Assembly: GCA_963675595.2 (NCBI GenBank)
Contig: CAXXLZ010000001.1
Coordinates: 1,717,448-1,781,447, forward strand
Direction: 5' to 3'
Source: Thermodesulfobacteriota bacterium
Lineage (GTDB): Bacteria; Desulfobacterota; Desulfarculia; JACQYL01
DNA length: 64,000 nt
In this document: piece after piece, positions 1-9,261 of the stretch
How the letters are laid out: every line of letters begins with the position of its first letter
How positions within the stretch are numbered: the first letter of the stretch is position 1
Notes under the pieces: generated by a model
What the model was told of the DNA's origin: nothing
What the model saw: the letters and a program-made list of their open reading frames with translations, nothing else
Database searches by the model: none
Made by a program: the position numbers and the translations under genes

Positions 1-162
1 CTCTTCCAGAAAGCCGAGTATTCTCAAGAGGGTACTCTTCCCGCTTCCGTTGGGCCCCACCAATCCGGTGATCGAACCTTGAGCGATGGCCAATCGATCG
101 ATGGCGACTGCAATGGAAGCACGGTACCGATGCTCCAGACGTAGAATCTCGTAGAGGTCCAA
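1..162 (-). CDS. tupC: Tungstate ABC transporter ATP-binding subunit (5' part; runs off window start)
   Basis: Manual translation of minus strand from TTG at 162: LDLYEILRLEHRYRASIAVAIDRLAIAQGSITGLVGPNGSGKSTLLRILGFLEE, with Walker A GPNGSGKST; lies directly after tupB. Confidence 0.85.
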   Translation of the reverse strand, partial: MDLYEILRLEHRYRASIAVAIDRLAIAQGSITGLVGPNGSGKSTLLRILGFLEE

Positions 163-168
163 GCTTAT

Positions 169-861
169 TCAGACGCTTTTTCGTTTAAGAAAGGAGAGGC
201 TCACGTTCACGGCCAAGGCGATGGTCAAAAGAACAATCCCCAGAGCGATGCCCTGGGCGAACTCACCTTTGCCGGTTTCCAGAGCGATGGCGGTGGTCAG
301 AGTTCGGGTGTGCCATTTAATGTTTCCCCCGACCATCATGGAAATTCCCACTTCGGACACGATCCGCCCGTAAGCCGTCACTCCCGCCGCCAAGAGCGCC
401 GTCCGCGCCTCATGGACCGTGGTCCACAGAAGTCTCGCGCGCCCCGCACCCAGCGTAAGTAGTGTTGGGGCGAGACGGGAATCGAGTCCCTCCACAGCCG
501 CGGCCGTAAGGGCGATCACTATGGGAAGCCCCAGGAGCGTCTGCCCAACGGCAACACCGGGGAGAGTGAAAAGGAGCCCCCACTCGCCCAGCGGTCCATG
601 CCTTGAAAGGAGGGCGTAAACCAGTAGCCCTATGACTACGGTGGGAAACGCCAGAAGTGTCTCCACCAGGGTCACGACCACACTTCTGAAAGGGAAACGG
701 CAATGTCCCAAAAGGAAGCCGCATGGCACTCCGAGAATAATGCTCGCGGCAACGGACAGCGAAGATACCTTGACGGTAGTGGAAATAGCCGACACCGTTG
801 CCGGATCACCGGAGAAGAGAAGTTCTAGAGCGTTGTTGAACCCCTGCAGCAGGTAATTCAT
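169..861 (-). CDS. tupB: Tungstate ABC transporter permease
   Basis: Hydrophobic 230 aa; SEVGISMMVGGNIKWHTRTLTTAIALET is typical of TupB; downstream of tupA. Confidence 0.9.
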   Translation of the reverse strand: MNYLLQGFNNALELLFSGDPATVSAISTTVKVSSLSVAASIILGVPCGFLLGHCRFPFRSVVVTLVETLLAFPTVVIGLLVYALLSRHGPLGEWGLLFTLPGVAVGQTLLGLPIVIALTAAAVEGLDSRLAPTLLTLGAGRARLLWTTVHEARTALLAAGVTAYGRIVSEVGISMMVGGNIKWHTRTLTTAIALETGKGEFAQGIALGIVLLTIALAVNVSLSFLKRKSV

Positions 862-886
862 GCGGCGGGCCGGCGTTGACGGCGGT

Positions 887-1732
887 CTAATGCGACGCGT
901 TGGGTATGAAGAGTGGTTTTCCCAAGATGCGAAAGTCGCCGATCAATTGCTGCGCTTTCTCGGACCGCATCCACTCGATGTACTTCACTGCGAGGTCGTA
1001 GCGAACGTTCGGGCATCGCTTTGGACTTACGGCTATGACGCTGTATTGGTTACGCAACTCCGGGTCTCCCTCGACAAGAATCACCAAGCCGGGTTTCCCC
1101 TTCTCCAGGGACTCGTACTTCATGTATGTGCCGCGGTCCGTCAGGGCGTACCCGTGCCGCTCGGTTGCGGTCATCAGCGTGGTCATCATGCCCTGCCCCG
1201 TCTGTACGTACCACGTCTCCTTGTCCGGAGCGTCGACGCCGGCCTTTTTCCAGAGTTTGAGTTCCATGAGGTTGGTCCCGGAACGATCCCCTCGACTCAC
1301 AAAAGTCGAGCCTTTCTCCTTCAAAGCCCGCAAAGCTTGGGCGGCCGACATGGACTTGACCGCGGCCGGATCCGATTGGGGACCGACGATCACGAAATCA
1401 TTGTACATGATCTGAGTTCGACTCACCCCGTAACCGTCGGACACATAAACCGCCTCGGCATCCGGAGCATGAACAAGCAACACGTCCACGTCGCAGTTCT
1501 TCCCCAACTCCAGTGCCTTACCGGTGCCCACCGAAAGCCACTGGAGATCCACGGAAGCCCACTTCTCGAAGTGGGGCTCCAGATAATCCAGGAGTCCCGT
1601 ATTGTCGGTGCTCGTTGTCGTGGCGAGCCGGAGTACCGGTTCGGCCTCGGACTTTCCCCACCCCGACGGACACGTCATTACAACCAACAGGATGGAAAGC
1701 AGCAGTATCGAAAGACAGTTCACCCGTCTCAT
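887..1732 (-). CDS. tupA: Tungstate ABC transporter substrate-binding protein
   Basis: Signal peptide; LATTTSTDNTGLL (TTTS motif), VGTGKAL, VHAP, FVSRGDRSGT; RBS GGAGG upstream. Confidence 0.92.
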   Translation of the reverse strand: MRRVNCLSILLLSILLVVMTCPSGWGKSEAEPVLRLATTTSTDNTGLLDYLEPHFEKWASVDLQWLSVGTGKALELGKNCDVDVLLVHAPDAEAVYVSDGYGVSRTQIMYNDFVIVGPQSDPAAVKSMSAAQALRALKEKGSTFVSRGDRSGTNLMELKLWKKAGVDAPDKETWYVQTGQGMMTTLMTATERHGYALTDRGTYMKYESLEKGKPGLVILVEGDPELRNQYSVIAVSPKRCPNVRYDLAVKYIEWMRSEKAQQLIGDFRILGKPLFIPNASH

Positions 1733-2003
1733 TACTCACCTCCGTCTGGATCTCTCGTCCGGATTCTCGAGGGAACGGGTCGCTCCGTGAAATCAATGCC
1801 GCTGAAGAAAATCGCTGATGAACTCCACGTAGACCGTCGACCCGCAGCGCAACAGAGCAGACTCGCCTTCTCAAATCGAAAACGGGAACAAGGCCGTTAT
1901 GCCCGTCATGCAAGTCCCTGATTTGGGAAGCTCACGCCGGCACAAAGCCGATCCCCTTCATCATTCCGCTATAGGAAGGAATTCCTACATCGCTTGGGAA
2001 ATT

Positions 2004-2028
2004 ATGTCAAGATTGATACATATGACAT
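2004..2028. promoter_or_regulatory. Inverted repeat ATGTCA-N13-TGACAT upstream of tupA; candidate W/Mo-responsive operator
   Basis: Perfect 6-bp half-sites in the AT-richer divergent region between tupA and pgi. Confidence 0.45.
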
Positions 2029-2298
2029 CCAGTCCCTGCTTTCATCCCGCCACGGGTCCGACCGCTCGCCAAACTCATAACAGATGATTTTGTTTTGCAA
2101 AATCTGCAGCGGACGGTTATAAATCGTACGCGGCACTATGTAACACTTCGTAATATGCCGCCGAACCGGTGATGCCGCAATTTGCGAACTCCCCGTGTGT
2201 ATTGGAAATTTCGGATTTCTCGGCCCGAAACATAATACGGATGCCTATGCGAAGGCTTTTCCTTCGCTTACAGCCCACGGGCATTCAGTGGAGATACT

Positions 2299-3969
2299 AT
2301 GCCGACCGACCCCTTTACTCTTCCCCTTCACGACCAGGAAAGCATCATCCGACGATTCTGGAACAAGGACGCCGGTCTATATTCTTCCGAGCCCGCCGTC
2401 CGGGAAGCCGTAAACAATCGTCTGGGCTGGATCGATGTCTCGGCTTTTACCAAGACGCGTTTAGACGAAATCACGGCATTTGCAGGCCAAGTCCGGGACT
2501 CCGGGATCAGGAACGTCGTGCTCCTGGGAATGGGAGGTTCCAGTTTGTCGCCTTTGGTGTTCAGGGAAGTTTTCGGGTCGGCCGCCGGGTATCCTTCCCT
2601 GTTCGTGTTGGACACCACGGATCCGGAAGAAATTTCAAGAGTTGAGGCCGCAATAGCCCTGGAACACACTATCTTTTTGGTGAGCAGCAAGTCGGGAACC
2701 ACCATCGAACCCAATGCTCTACTCGCCTACTTCCATGAACGACTGAAAACGGTCGTCAAAGAGCCGGGCAGACATTTTGTCGCCGTCACCGACCCCAACA
2801 CAGAACTTCAGCGACTCGCGGAAGAACGAGGGTTTCTGAAGGCCTGGATCAATCCCTCCGACATCGGCGGCAGGTATTCCGCCCTGTCCTTGTTCGGGAT
2901 GATCCCCGCGGCGCTGTTGGGTTTGGATGTGGGCGGAATGCTTGAACGTACGGCAGGAATGGAGAATGCCTGCAAGGCTCCTGCGTTCGACGACAACCCG
3001 GGAGCCCGACTCGGCGCATTCATGGCCAAAATGGTAAATTCGGGCAGAAACAAACTCACTCTCTTTACTTCACCGGCTCTGGCCTCGTTCGGGCTTTGGG
3101 TGGAACAGCTTATTGCCGAAAGCACGGGAAAGAGCGGCACCGGCGTGATTCCCATCGTGGGGGAACCTTTCGCCGAAGGTTACGCTTACCCGTCCGACCG
3201 ATGTTTCGTGGTCATGCAGCTAGCAGGAGACGACGACCGATCTTTGAAGGAAGCCACGGCTTCCCTGCGGGGACGAGGGTATCCTCTGGAAACCGTCGAG
3301 CTCAGCGATCGCCTTGATTTGGCGGGGGAGATGTTTCGGTGGGAGATGGCGACGGCCCTTTGCGGGGTTTTCTTGGGAATCAACCCGTTCGATGAGCCGA
3401 ACGTCTCGGAAAGCAAGGCCAACACCACGCAGATACTCGACCATTTGAAAACGCAAGGGGAACTCCCCCTCTCTCTGTCCCCTCCCCTTTATCACGGAAT
3501 CCGGTTTGGAGACTCTGAGATCACCAACCCCCAAAAGGTCTTTTCCCAACTTTTCGAGAGCGTTCCGGAAAACGGCTATGTCGCCTATCTGTTCTACCTC
3601 CCTTACGGGAGTGCGGTCGAAAAAGTACTTGACCGGCTGCGGCGCACCACGCTGAACCATTTGAAATGCGCAACGGTGGCCGGATTCGGGCCTCGCTACC
3701 TCCATTCGACAGGGCAGGAGCACAAGGGGGGACCGAGAATCGGCGCCTACGTTCTGGTAACACGCCCTCCCCTCCGAGAGCCCGTCGTCCCGGGTTTCGG
3801 TTTCTCTTTCGGGGACCTTGAGACGGCGCAAGCGCTGGGAGATTATAGGGCCTTAGCGTCCAGACAGCTTCCGATCGTTCACGCACACCTCCCCGAAGAC
3901 TGGGAGAACGCCCTGGAACCTCTGGAAAATTCGGTTCGGGAAGCATTAATTTCTCTTACGGCCGGATAG
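2299..3969 (+). CDS. pgi: Glucose-6-phosphate isomerase (type found as the C-terminal half of Tal-Pgi fusions)
   Basis: LLGMGGSSL, VSSKSGTTIE, IGGRYSALS, EQLIAESTGK, INPFDEPNV, GPRYLHSTGQ. Confidence 0.88.
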   Translation: MPTDPFTLPLHDQESIIRRFWNKDAGLYSSEPAVREAVNNRLGWIDVSAFTKTRLDEITAFAGQVRDSGIRNVVLLGMGGSSLSPLVFREVFGSAAGYPSLFVLDTTDPEEISRVEAAIALEHTIFLVSSKSGTTIEPNALLAYFHERLKTVVKEPGRHFVAVTDPNTELQRLAEERGFLKAWINPSDIGGRYSALSLFGMIPAALLGLDVGGMLERTAGMENACKAPAFDDNPGARLGAFMAKMVNSGRNKLTLFTSPALASFGLWVEQLIAESTGKSGTGVIPIVGEPFAEGYAYPSDRCFVVMQLAGDDDRSLKEATASLRGRGYPLETVELSDRLDLAGEMFRWEMATALCGVFLGINPFDEPNVSESKANTTQILDHLKTQGELPLSLSPPLYHGIRFGDSEITNPQKVFSQLFESVPENGYVAYLFYLPYGSAVEKVLDRLRRTTLNHLKCATVAGFGPRYLHSTGQEHKGGPRIGAYVLVTRPPLREPVVPGFGFSFGDLETAQALGDYRALASRQLPIVHAHLPEDWENALEPLENSVREALISLTAG

Positions 3970-4043
3970 CATCTTCGGCAAAACCCGACGCCGTTGAGCT
4001 TTTCTTTTTCTCCAATGATTGAACAAGGATAGGGTTTCCATTG

Positions 4044-5051
4044 ATGCATCCATCCACTCCGGAGGCCGCACAACGCGTTCTGGCCGGAGACATCGGCGGA
4101 ACAAAGGTTAATATCGGTCTGTTTTCCATGGATTCCGGTCGACCGGTACCGTTGGCGATCAGGACCTATCCGAGCAAAGGTCACCGTAACCTGGAAGAAA
4201 TTATCGAGGTGTTTCTCGGGGAGACGGAATCGCACCGCGGCCCATGCTGTTTCGGCGTGGCGGGTCCCGTGGTCAATGGAAAATGTTTCACCACAAATCT
4301 GCCCTGGGTGGTGAGTGAGCAATCCCTCAAATCCGCCTTTGGATTCTCTTCCGTTTCGTTGATAAACGACCTCGTGGCCACGGCTGAGGCCATCGCCGTA
4401 TTAGGCGAATCCGACTTTCACGTTCTGAACCCCGGAATCAGTCAACCTCGGGCGGGAATCGGGCTCATAGCAGCCGGTACCGGACTGGGCGTTGCGCTGA
4501 TGGTGTGGAACGGCGACGAATACATCCCAGTGGCATCCGAAGGCGGACACGCCGATTTTGCACCCGCCAATCCGCTGCAGGTGGAGCTTTGGTATTACCT
4601 CAGGAGGAAATTCGGCCACGTTAGTTGTGAACGGGTGATTTCAGGCCCGGGTCTCGCCCATATCTATGACTTTCTGCATAAAAAGGGTGAGGCGGAGGCC
4701 GATCCGGAAACAGCCGCCAAGCTGAAGTCCGAAGACCCTTCCCGCGTGATCGCGGAAGCCGCTTTAGCGGGCAAATGCGGCCTTTGCCGGATGGCCCTGG
4801 ACATGTTCGTCCATGCCTACGGGGCCGAAGCCGGCAACTTGGCACTGCGTGCGTTCACAGTGGGCGGAATGTTTCTTGGGGGCGGCATTGCCCCCAAAAT
4901 TCTGGGAAAACTAACGGACAGGGGCTTTATGAAGGCCTTTGTGGCGAAAGGGCGGCTGGGAAGCACACTCTCGAAAATCCCGGTCAAGGTAATTCTAAAT
5001 GATAAGGCGGCGCTTTTGGGTGCGGCTCGAAGGGGCTTCTCTCAGGTCTGA
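4044..5051 (+). CDS. glk: Glucokinase
   Basis: LAGDIGGTK, GVAGPV, LINDL, GTGLG, SEGGH, ERVISGPGL, GGGIAPKI. Confidence 0.93.
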   Translation: MHPSTPEAAQRVLAGDIGGTKVNIGLFSMDSGRPVPLAIRTYPSKGHRNLEEIIEVFLGETESHRGPCCFGVAGPVVNGKCFTTNLPWVVSEQSLKSAFGFSSVSLINDLVATAEAIAVLGESDFHVLNPGISQPRAGIGLIAAGTGLGVALMVWNGDEYIPVASEGGHADFAPANPLQVELWYYLRRKFGHVSCERVISGPGLAHIYDFLHKKGEAEADPETAAKLKSEDPSRVIAEAALAGKCGLCRMALDMFVHAYGAEAGNLALRAFTVGGMFLGGGIAPKILGKLTDRGFMKAFVAKGRLGSTLSKIPVKVILNDKAALLGAARRGFSQV

Positions 5052-5226
5052 CGATTTCGCGGCGCCGGTGCCGCCCGCACCACTGGAAAAAAAGACTCAA
5101 TCAGAAGGTAATATTGAACGATCTAATATTATGGTCTCACGGCCTAATCGATCAGAAAGGTTTAAAAACCATCGGCGCTACTAAGCGAGACTCGCCCATC
5201 GGAGGATAAGCAAAGACGCTACCGGT

Positions 5227-5991
5227 ATGGATATCGCAACTGTTATAGGCCTTGCAGGCGGCACAATCCTGATCGTCCTCGCCATTGTATTGGGAGGCAA
5301 TGCTCTCGTATTCATGAACATTCCCGGCCTCCTGATCGTCATTGGAGGCACCTTCGCGGCTTCGTTCATCAAATTTTCCCTTGCGGACGTCGTGAACTCT
5401 GTGAACGTTGCCATGCAGGCATTCAAGTCCAAAGAAGAAAACCTGGAAACGATCATCGCCAAGATGGTGGAACTAGCCGGAGTGGCCAGACGCGACGGCC
5501 TTATCGCCTTGGAACAGCAGCGCTTTGATGACGATTTCGTCGACAAGGCAATCCAGTACCTGGTTGACGGCTACGACGAGTACGCCATCAAGGAAACCCT
5601 GGAGCAAAACATCCAACTCACGGTTTTTCGGCACTCGGTGGGACAAAATGTGTTCAAAGGGATGGGGGATTCCGCACCGGCTTTCGGAATGATCGGAACC
5701 CTGATCGGGCTGGTGCAGATGTTGAGCAACCTGTCCGACCCCAAAGCCATCGGCCCGTCCATGGCGGTGGCGTTGCTGACCACCCTTTACGGGGCTCTTA
5801 TCGCCAACCTCGTTTGCCTGCCGCTGGCCGACAAGTTGGCTTTGAGGAGTCAACACGAACAAATCAGAAAGAATCTGATCCTCGTGGCCGTCCAGGGAAT
5901 CAGCAAAGGCCTGAACCCGAGAGTGCTCGAGGAATCCCTCAAGGCCTTCCTGGATCCCAAAAAGAGGAAAGCTTCTTCTCCGGCGACCTGA
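5227..5991 (+). CDS. motA: Stator A subunit, MotA/PomA family
   Basis: MDIATVIG start, ARRDGLIALE, APAFGMIGTLIGLVQML, IGPSMAVALLTTLYG, PLADKL. Confidence 0.92.
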   Translation: MDIATVIGLAGGTILIVLAIVLGGNALVFMNIPGLLIVIGGTFAASFIKFSLADVVNSVNVAMQAFKSKEENLETIIAKMVELAGVARRDGLIALEQQRFDDDFVDKAIQYLVDGYDEYAIKETLEQNIQLTVFRHSVGQNVFKGMGDSAPAFGMIGTLIGLVQMLSNLSDPKAIGPSMAVALLTTLYGALIANLVCLPLADKLALRSQHEQIRKNLILVAVQGISKGLNPRVLEESLKAFLDPKKRKASSPAT

Positions 5992-5997
5992 GGAATT

Positions 5998-6966
5998 TCA
6001 GCTTTCCGCCTTCTCGCCGGCGGGCGCCGAGAACGGATTATCGTGGGGCTTCGTCCAGATGATCTCGACTCTGCGGTTCTTGCTTCGCCCCTCCGCATCT
6101 TCGTTGGAAGCCACCGGGCGATACTCCCCGAATCCCATGGTTGCGATGCGATTGGGTTCGATCAACCCTCTCTCCATGAAGAATTCGGCCACCGAGGCTG
6201 CTCGCGCAACCGAGAGCTCAAGATTGGACTTGAACGGCCCCCCGCGGATGGGGAGATTGTCCGTATGGCCCGCAATGATTACGTCACCCGGCCGTTCCTT
6301 AAAAAACTTGCCCACTTTCTCGAGGATGGGAATCATCTCCTTTTGGATGTCGGCTTTTCCGAGCTCAAAAGTAGGTTCATCGGATAGAACCAGTCTGACC
6401 TGCCCTCCGCCCTGCTCGACCGTAACATTCTGTCCCATGTCTTTAAGCTCGAATTCGAGCTGTTTGACGTCCGACAGGTCTTTGTCGCTCAAAGCGAGCG
6501 CTTGCTCCTTCTCATCGAGATCTTTGGCCTTTTCCTGCTCATCTTTTTGGGATTCGGCTTTTTTACCTGCATTTTCGCCCTTTTCTCCCTTTTCGGACTT
6601 TTCTCCCTTTTCTCCTTTCTTCGTTTCCTCCGAATGCCGTTTGCGGCCTTTTTCCAGACTCTTCGTCACTTCATAACGAGTGGGTCCGTACTTCTGATCC
6701 TCACGCGTTTCCAGCATGGACTGATCGAAGTCCTTGGAAACCATGGTGGTGCCTCTGGGCATCTGGAAAACGGGATTCTGCTTCTGGACACCGAAGGCTT
6801 GTGCGAGAGAGCCTGCAAGTTCCTTGTATTTCTGTGCGTCCATCTCCGAAAAGGACAGCAACAACACGAAGAAACACAAGAGCAGGCTCATGAGGTCCCC
6901 GAAGGTAACAACCCACATGGGGGCCCCCTTTACTTCACCTCCCGATTGTCCGATCTGTGCAGCCAC
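5998..6966 (-). CDS. motB: Stator B subunit, MotB/PomB family with OmpA-like peptidoglycan-binding domain
   Basis: WVVTFGDLMSLLLCFFVLLLSFS with the conserved Asp; GHTDN, NLELSVARA, NRRVEI. Confidence 0.92.
   Translation of the reverse strand: MAAQIGQSGGEVKGAPMWVVTFGDLMSLLLCFFVLLLSFSEMDAQKYKELAGSLAQAFGVQKQNPVFQMPRGTTMVSKDFDQSMLETREDQKYGPTRYEVTKSLEKGRKRHSEETKKGEKGEKSEKGEKGENAGKKAESQKDEQEKAKDLDEKEQALALSDKDLSDVKQLEFELKDMGQNVTVEQGGGQVRLVLSDEPTFELGKADIQKEMIPILEKVGKFFKERPGDVIIAGHTDNLPIRGGPFKSNLELSVARAASVAEFFMERGLIEPNRIATMGFGEYRPVASNEDAEGRSKNRRVEIIWTKPHDNPFSAPAGEKAES
6572..6616. repeat. 5 x 9-bp imperfect tandem repeat within motB, encoding (K/G/S)EK units
   Basis: ttttcgccc ttttctccc ttttcggac ttttctccc ttttctcct. 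Confidence 0.8.
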
Positions 6967-7123
6967 GGTTGGCCCTCTCCGTTCTCAGAATTTTCGGAGC
7001 GACTCCGCTCTCAACGGCGGCCCGGGCTCCGAGACGGTGCTTTGCCACCGTCGCTTTGGGTAAGGTGCCGGCGGAACCCGGCGCTTGCGCCCATCCTTGC
7101 AAGCGTGAATTTTCTAGTTTTGT

Positions 7124-7152
7124 ATTATAGGCCTACATTCTTAAGCAGTCAA
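7124..7152 (-). promoter_or_regulatory. Sigma70-type promoter for motB
   Basis: Minus strand TTGACT-N17-TATAAT, about 150 nt upstream of the motB start. Confidence 0.7.
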
Positions 7153-7336
7153 AAGTGCCTGTCGGTATCATCGGCAATCACACCGGTAGTACTTGAGTCC
7201 AAACCCCGCGGTTTCCTGATGAAGATTTACCGGATAATCGGAACCCCTAAAAGCGAGCGGGTTTTGACAGCTTAATCCGCGAAAGGTAGAATACGCTTCC
7301 ATGCTTAGTAGGTTATCGGACAACTGTGGAGACTTC

Positions 7337-8440
7337 ATGCGATCCACGAAGTGGTTTTTCCCCTTCCTCTTCTGCTTTCTTTTCCTCAGCGGTTGCGGCA
7401 AGCTCCACCAAGTTCGTATTGAAGACTCTCCACAGCAGCATTTCCGGAACGGAATGACCTTTCTGGCATGGGGTAAAACCTCCGAAGCCGAAAGGGAATT
7501 CGCCGATGTGCTCCGCTTGGACCCCAACCACTCAATGGCGTTTTCGGCACTGGGCATCATCGCTTCCCGGAACCGTCATTTTCTCAGGGCGCGTTTGAGC
7601 CTCTCCCAAGCGGGCGCCCTGGCTCAAGAGCCGTCGAGTCGGGCATGGGTTCACTGCGCATACATTGTGCTCCATACGGAACAACAGGGACCGGAGTGGT
7701 TGTCTAAAGCTTCATCGGAGTATGAAAAGGCGACCCGATTGCTGCCGGGAAGCGGTGATCCCCACTTTTTGATGGGACTGGCTCTCAAATCGGCCCACCG
7801 GTTTTCCGAGGCGGAGAAGCAGCTTCGTGAGGCCTCGGATATGGAGGGATATTTCTCTGCACTCGCAGCATCCGAGGCGGACATGGTACGTCGAATTCAG
7901 CAGGCGGCCCCCAAGAGCGAGGTCACAAATCGGATCGCTTTACTTTCCAAACTCAGAAGGGTTGATCTCGCCGAACTTCTCGTACACGAATTTCGCCTGC
8001 GGAGCCTCGCGCCTCTCGGCATGTCGGTCGCCACGCCGAAAAAGGCTCCGGTTGTGGACATGGAAGGATCGGAACACGGTGAAGACATACGATTTGTGGC
8101 CTCACTGGACCTCGAAGGACTGCGGACTTACCCGGACGGAACTTTCCGCCCCCTCGAATCGGTCACACGGGGGGAATTGGCTCAGGTGCTCTTCGCCCTT
8201 TCCGAAATCGTCCACTTGAATGCGGATGTGATTAAGGCGGGGAAAGTCAAAGTCGTGCCTTTCTCCGATGTCCATGAAGACAGCCCGTACCGTGAGGCAG
8301 TGTATACGCTTGCGGCTTGGGGCATCATGGGGCCGGTCAACGAAAGGACCGGAGAATTCGATCCGTTGGGACACGTTTCCGGCCCGGAAACCCTGGACGC
8401 CTTAATGAAGTTCAGGGCACTCATCACCACGTCTGAATGA
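7337..8440 (+). CDS. Lipoprotein with TPR repeats and C-terminal S-layer homology (SLH)-like domains
   Basis: Lipobox FLSGC; TPR-like helices; YPDGTFRPLESVTRGELA and FSDVHEDSPYREAV are SLH-like. Confidence 0.75.
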   Translation: MRSTKWFFPFLFCFLFLSGCGKLHQVRIEDSPQQHFRNGMTFLAWGKTSEAEREFADVLRLDPNHSMAFSALGIIASRNRHFLRARLSLSQAGALAQEPSSRAWVHCAYIVLHTEQQGPEWLSKASSEYEKATRLLPGSGDPHFLMGLALKSAHRFSEAEKQLREASDMEGYFSALAASEADMVRRIQQAAPKSEVTNRIALLSKLRRVDLAELLVHEFRLRSLAPLGMSVATPKKAPVVDMEGSEHGEDIRFVASLDLEGLRTYPDGTFRPLESVTRGELAQVLFALSEIVHLNADVIKAGKVKVVPFSDVHEDSPYREAVYTLAAWGIMGPVNERTGEFDPLGHVSGPETLDALMKFRALITTSE

Positions 8441-8473
8441 ATATCATCAACCTAATGGAATACAACCCACACA

Positions 8474-9091
8474 ATGTTCCGAAAAAATCGACAAAACGCA
8501 GATAATCGACCGAAGGGAGAAAAGCTGGGGCTGCTTTCCTACATGGGGAGCTTCGCCATGTTCTACCTAATTCTCATCGCCCTGACGGGAATCCCTCTCC
8601 TCGTGGTCTTAGTGGTCTTCCTTATTCGTACAATCATGGATTTCCGTGTCTGGATCATCCTGGGCACGCTTATCACATTGGTCGGACTCGCCTTGCTGAT
8701 TTTCCGACACAGAAAACGGATTGGAAGACGCATCGACGAAGAGAAGCAGGACGTTATGGAAGTGATCCGCGCCGCAGCTCAAGAAGGTCACGACGTGAAC
8801 ATCTCCTTCATGCACGGACTCGTTCGCATCGACTATAAAGGGGACGCGGGAAAGACCCGTTGGCTTGAAGCGCCCTCCGACGGGCCGAAAAAGGCTCTCC
8901 CCATGCCCACCGGCCACGCCGTGCACCAGACGCCGATCATCGACTCGATGTCTTCCGGGGATGTTGAACGCACAAGCATCACCGAAGAGTTGGAGAGACT
9001 AAACGGTTTGTTCCTGAGAGGAATCGTGACCAGGGAAGAATTCGACGAACTCAAGGCCCGCCTCCTTCGGGAGCCGGAGCCGCATGGCTGA
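8474..9091 (+). CDS. Membrane protein with C-terminal SHOCT domain
   Basis: Two TM segments; C-terminal ELERLNGLFLRGIVTREEFDELKARLL. Confidence 0.7.
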   Translation: MFRKNRQNADNRPKGEKLGLLSYMGSFAMFYLILIALTGIPLLVVLVVFLIRTIMDFRVWIILGTLITLVGLALLIFRHRKRIGRRIDEEKQDVMEVIRAAAQEGHDVNISFMHGLVRIDYKGDAGKTRWLEAPSDGPKKALPMPTGHAVHQTPIIDSMSSGDVERTSITEELERLNGLFLRGIVTREEFDELKARLLREPEPHG

Positions 9092-9261
9092 AATGCCGGA
9101 ACATGCCCCTGCGCGGTCGGTGAAGACCGTCGGGAAACCCATCACCATCGAGCTCCCGACGATTTCATAATGTCCGGAGCGCAGCGCCGCCGAGCGACCC
9201 GGTTCGGCCGGAAGCGAAGCCCGGCAGTACGGACTCCCGGCCTGAGAACGATAATTCATTC

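Noticed and set aside
860-1921. Long antisense ORFs (860-1921, 12274-13410, 43584-44768, 48493-49470 and similar)
   Set aside because: Shadow frames opposite well-supported genes in GC-rich DNA, with no recognisable motifs
1733-2000. Moco/Wco riboswitch upstream of tupA (also checked upstream of aor)
   Set aside because: Could not find the characteristic receptor/GAAA stems or the GCCUCC...GAAAGGAG elements
5227-6966. Zorya (ZorAB) anti-phage system
   Set aside because: MotA is 254 aa with no long ZorA tail, motifs are PomAB-like, and no zorC/D/E genes are adjacent
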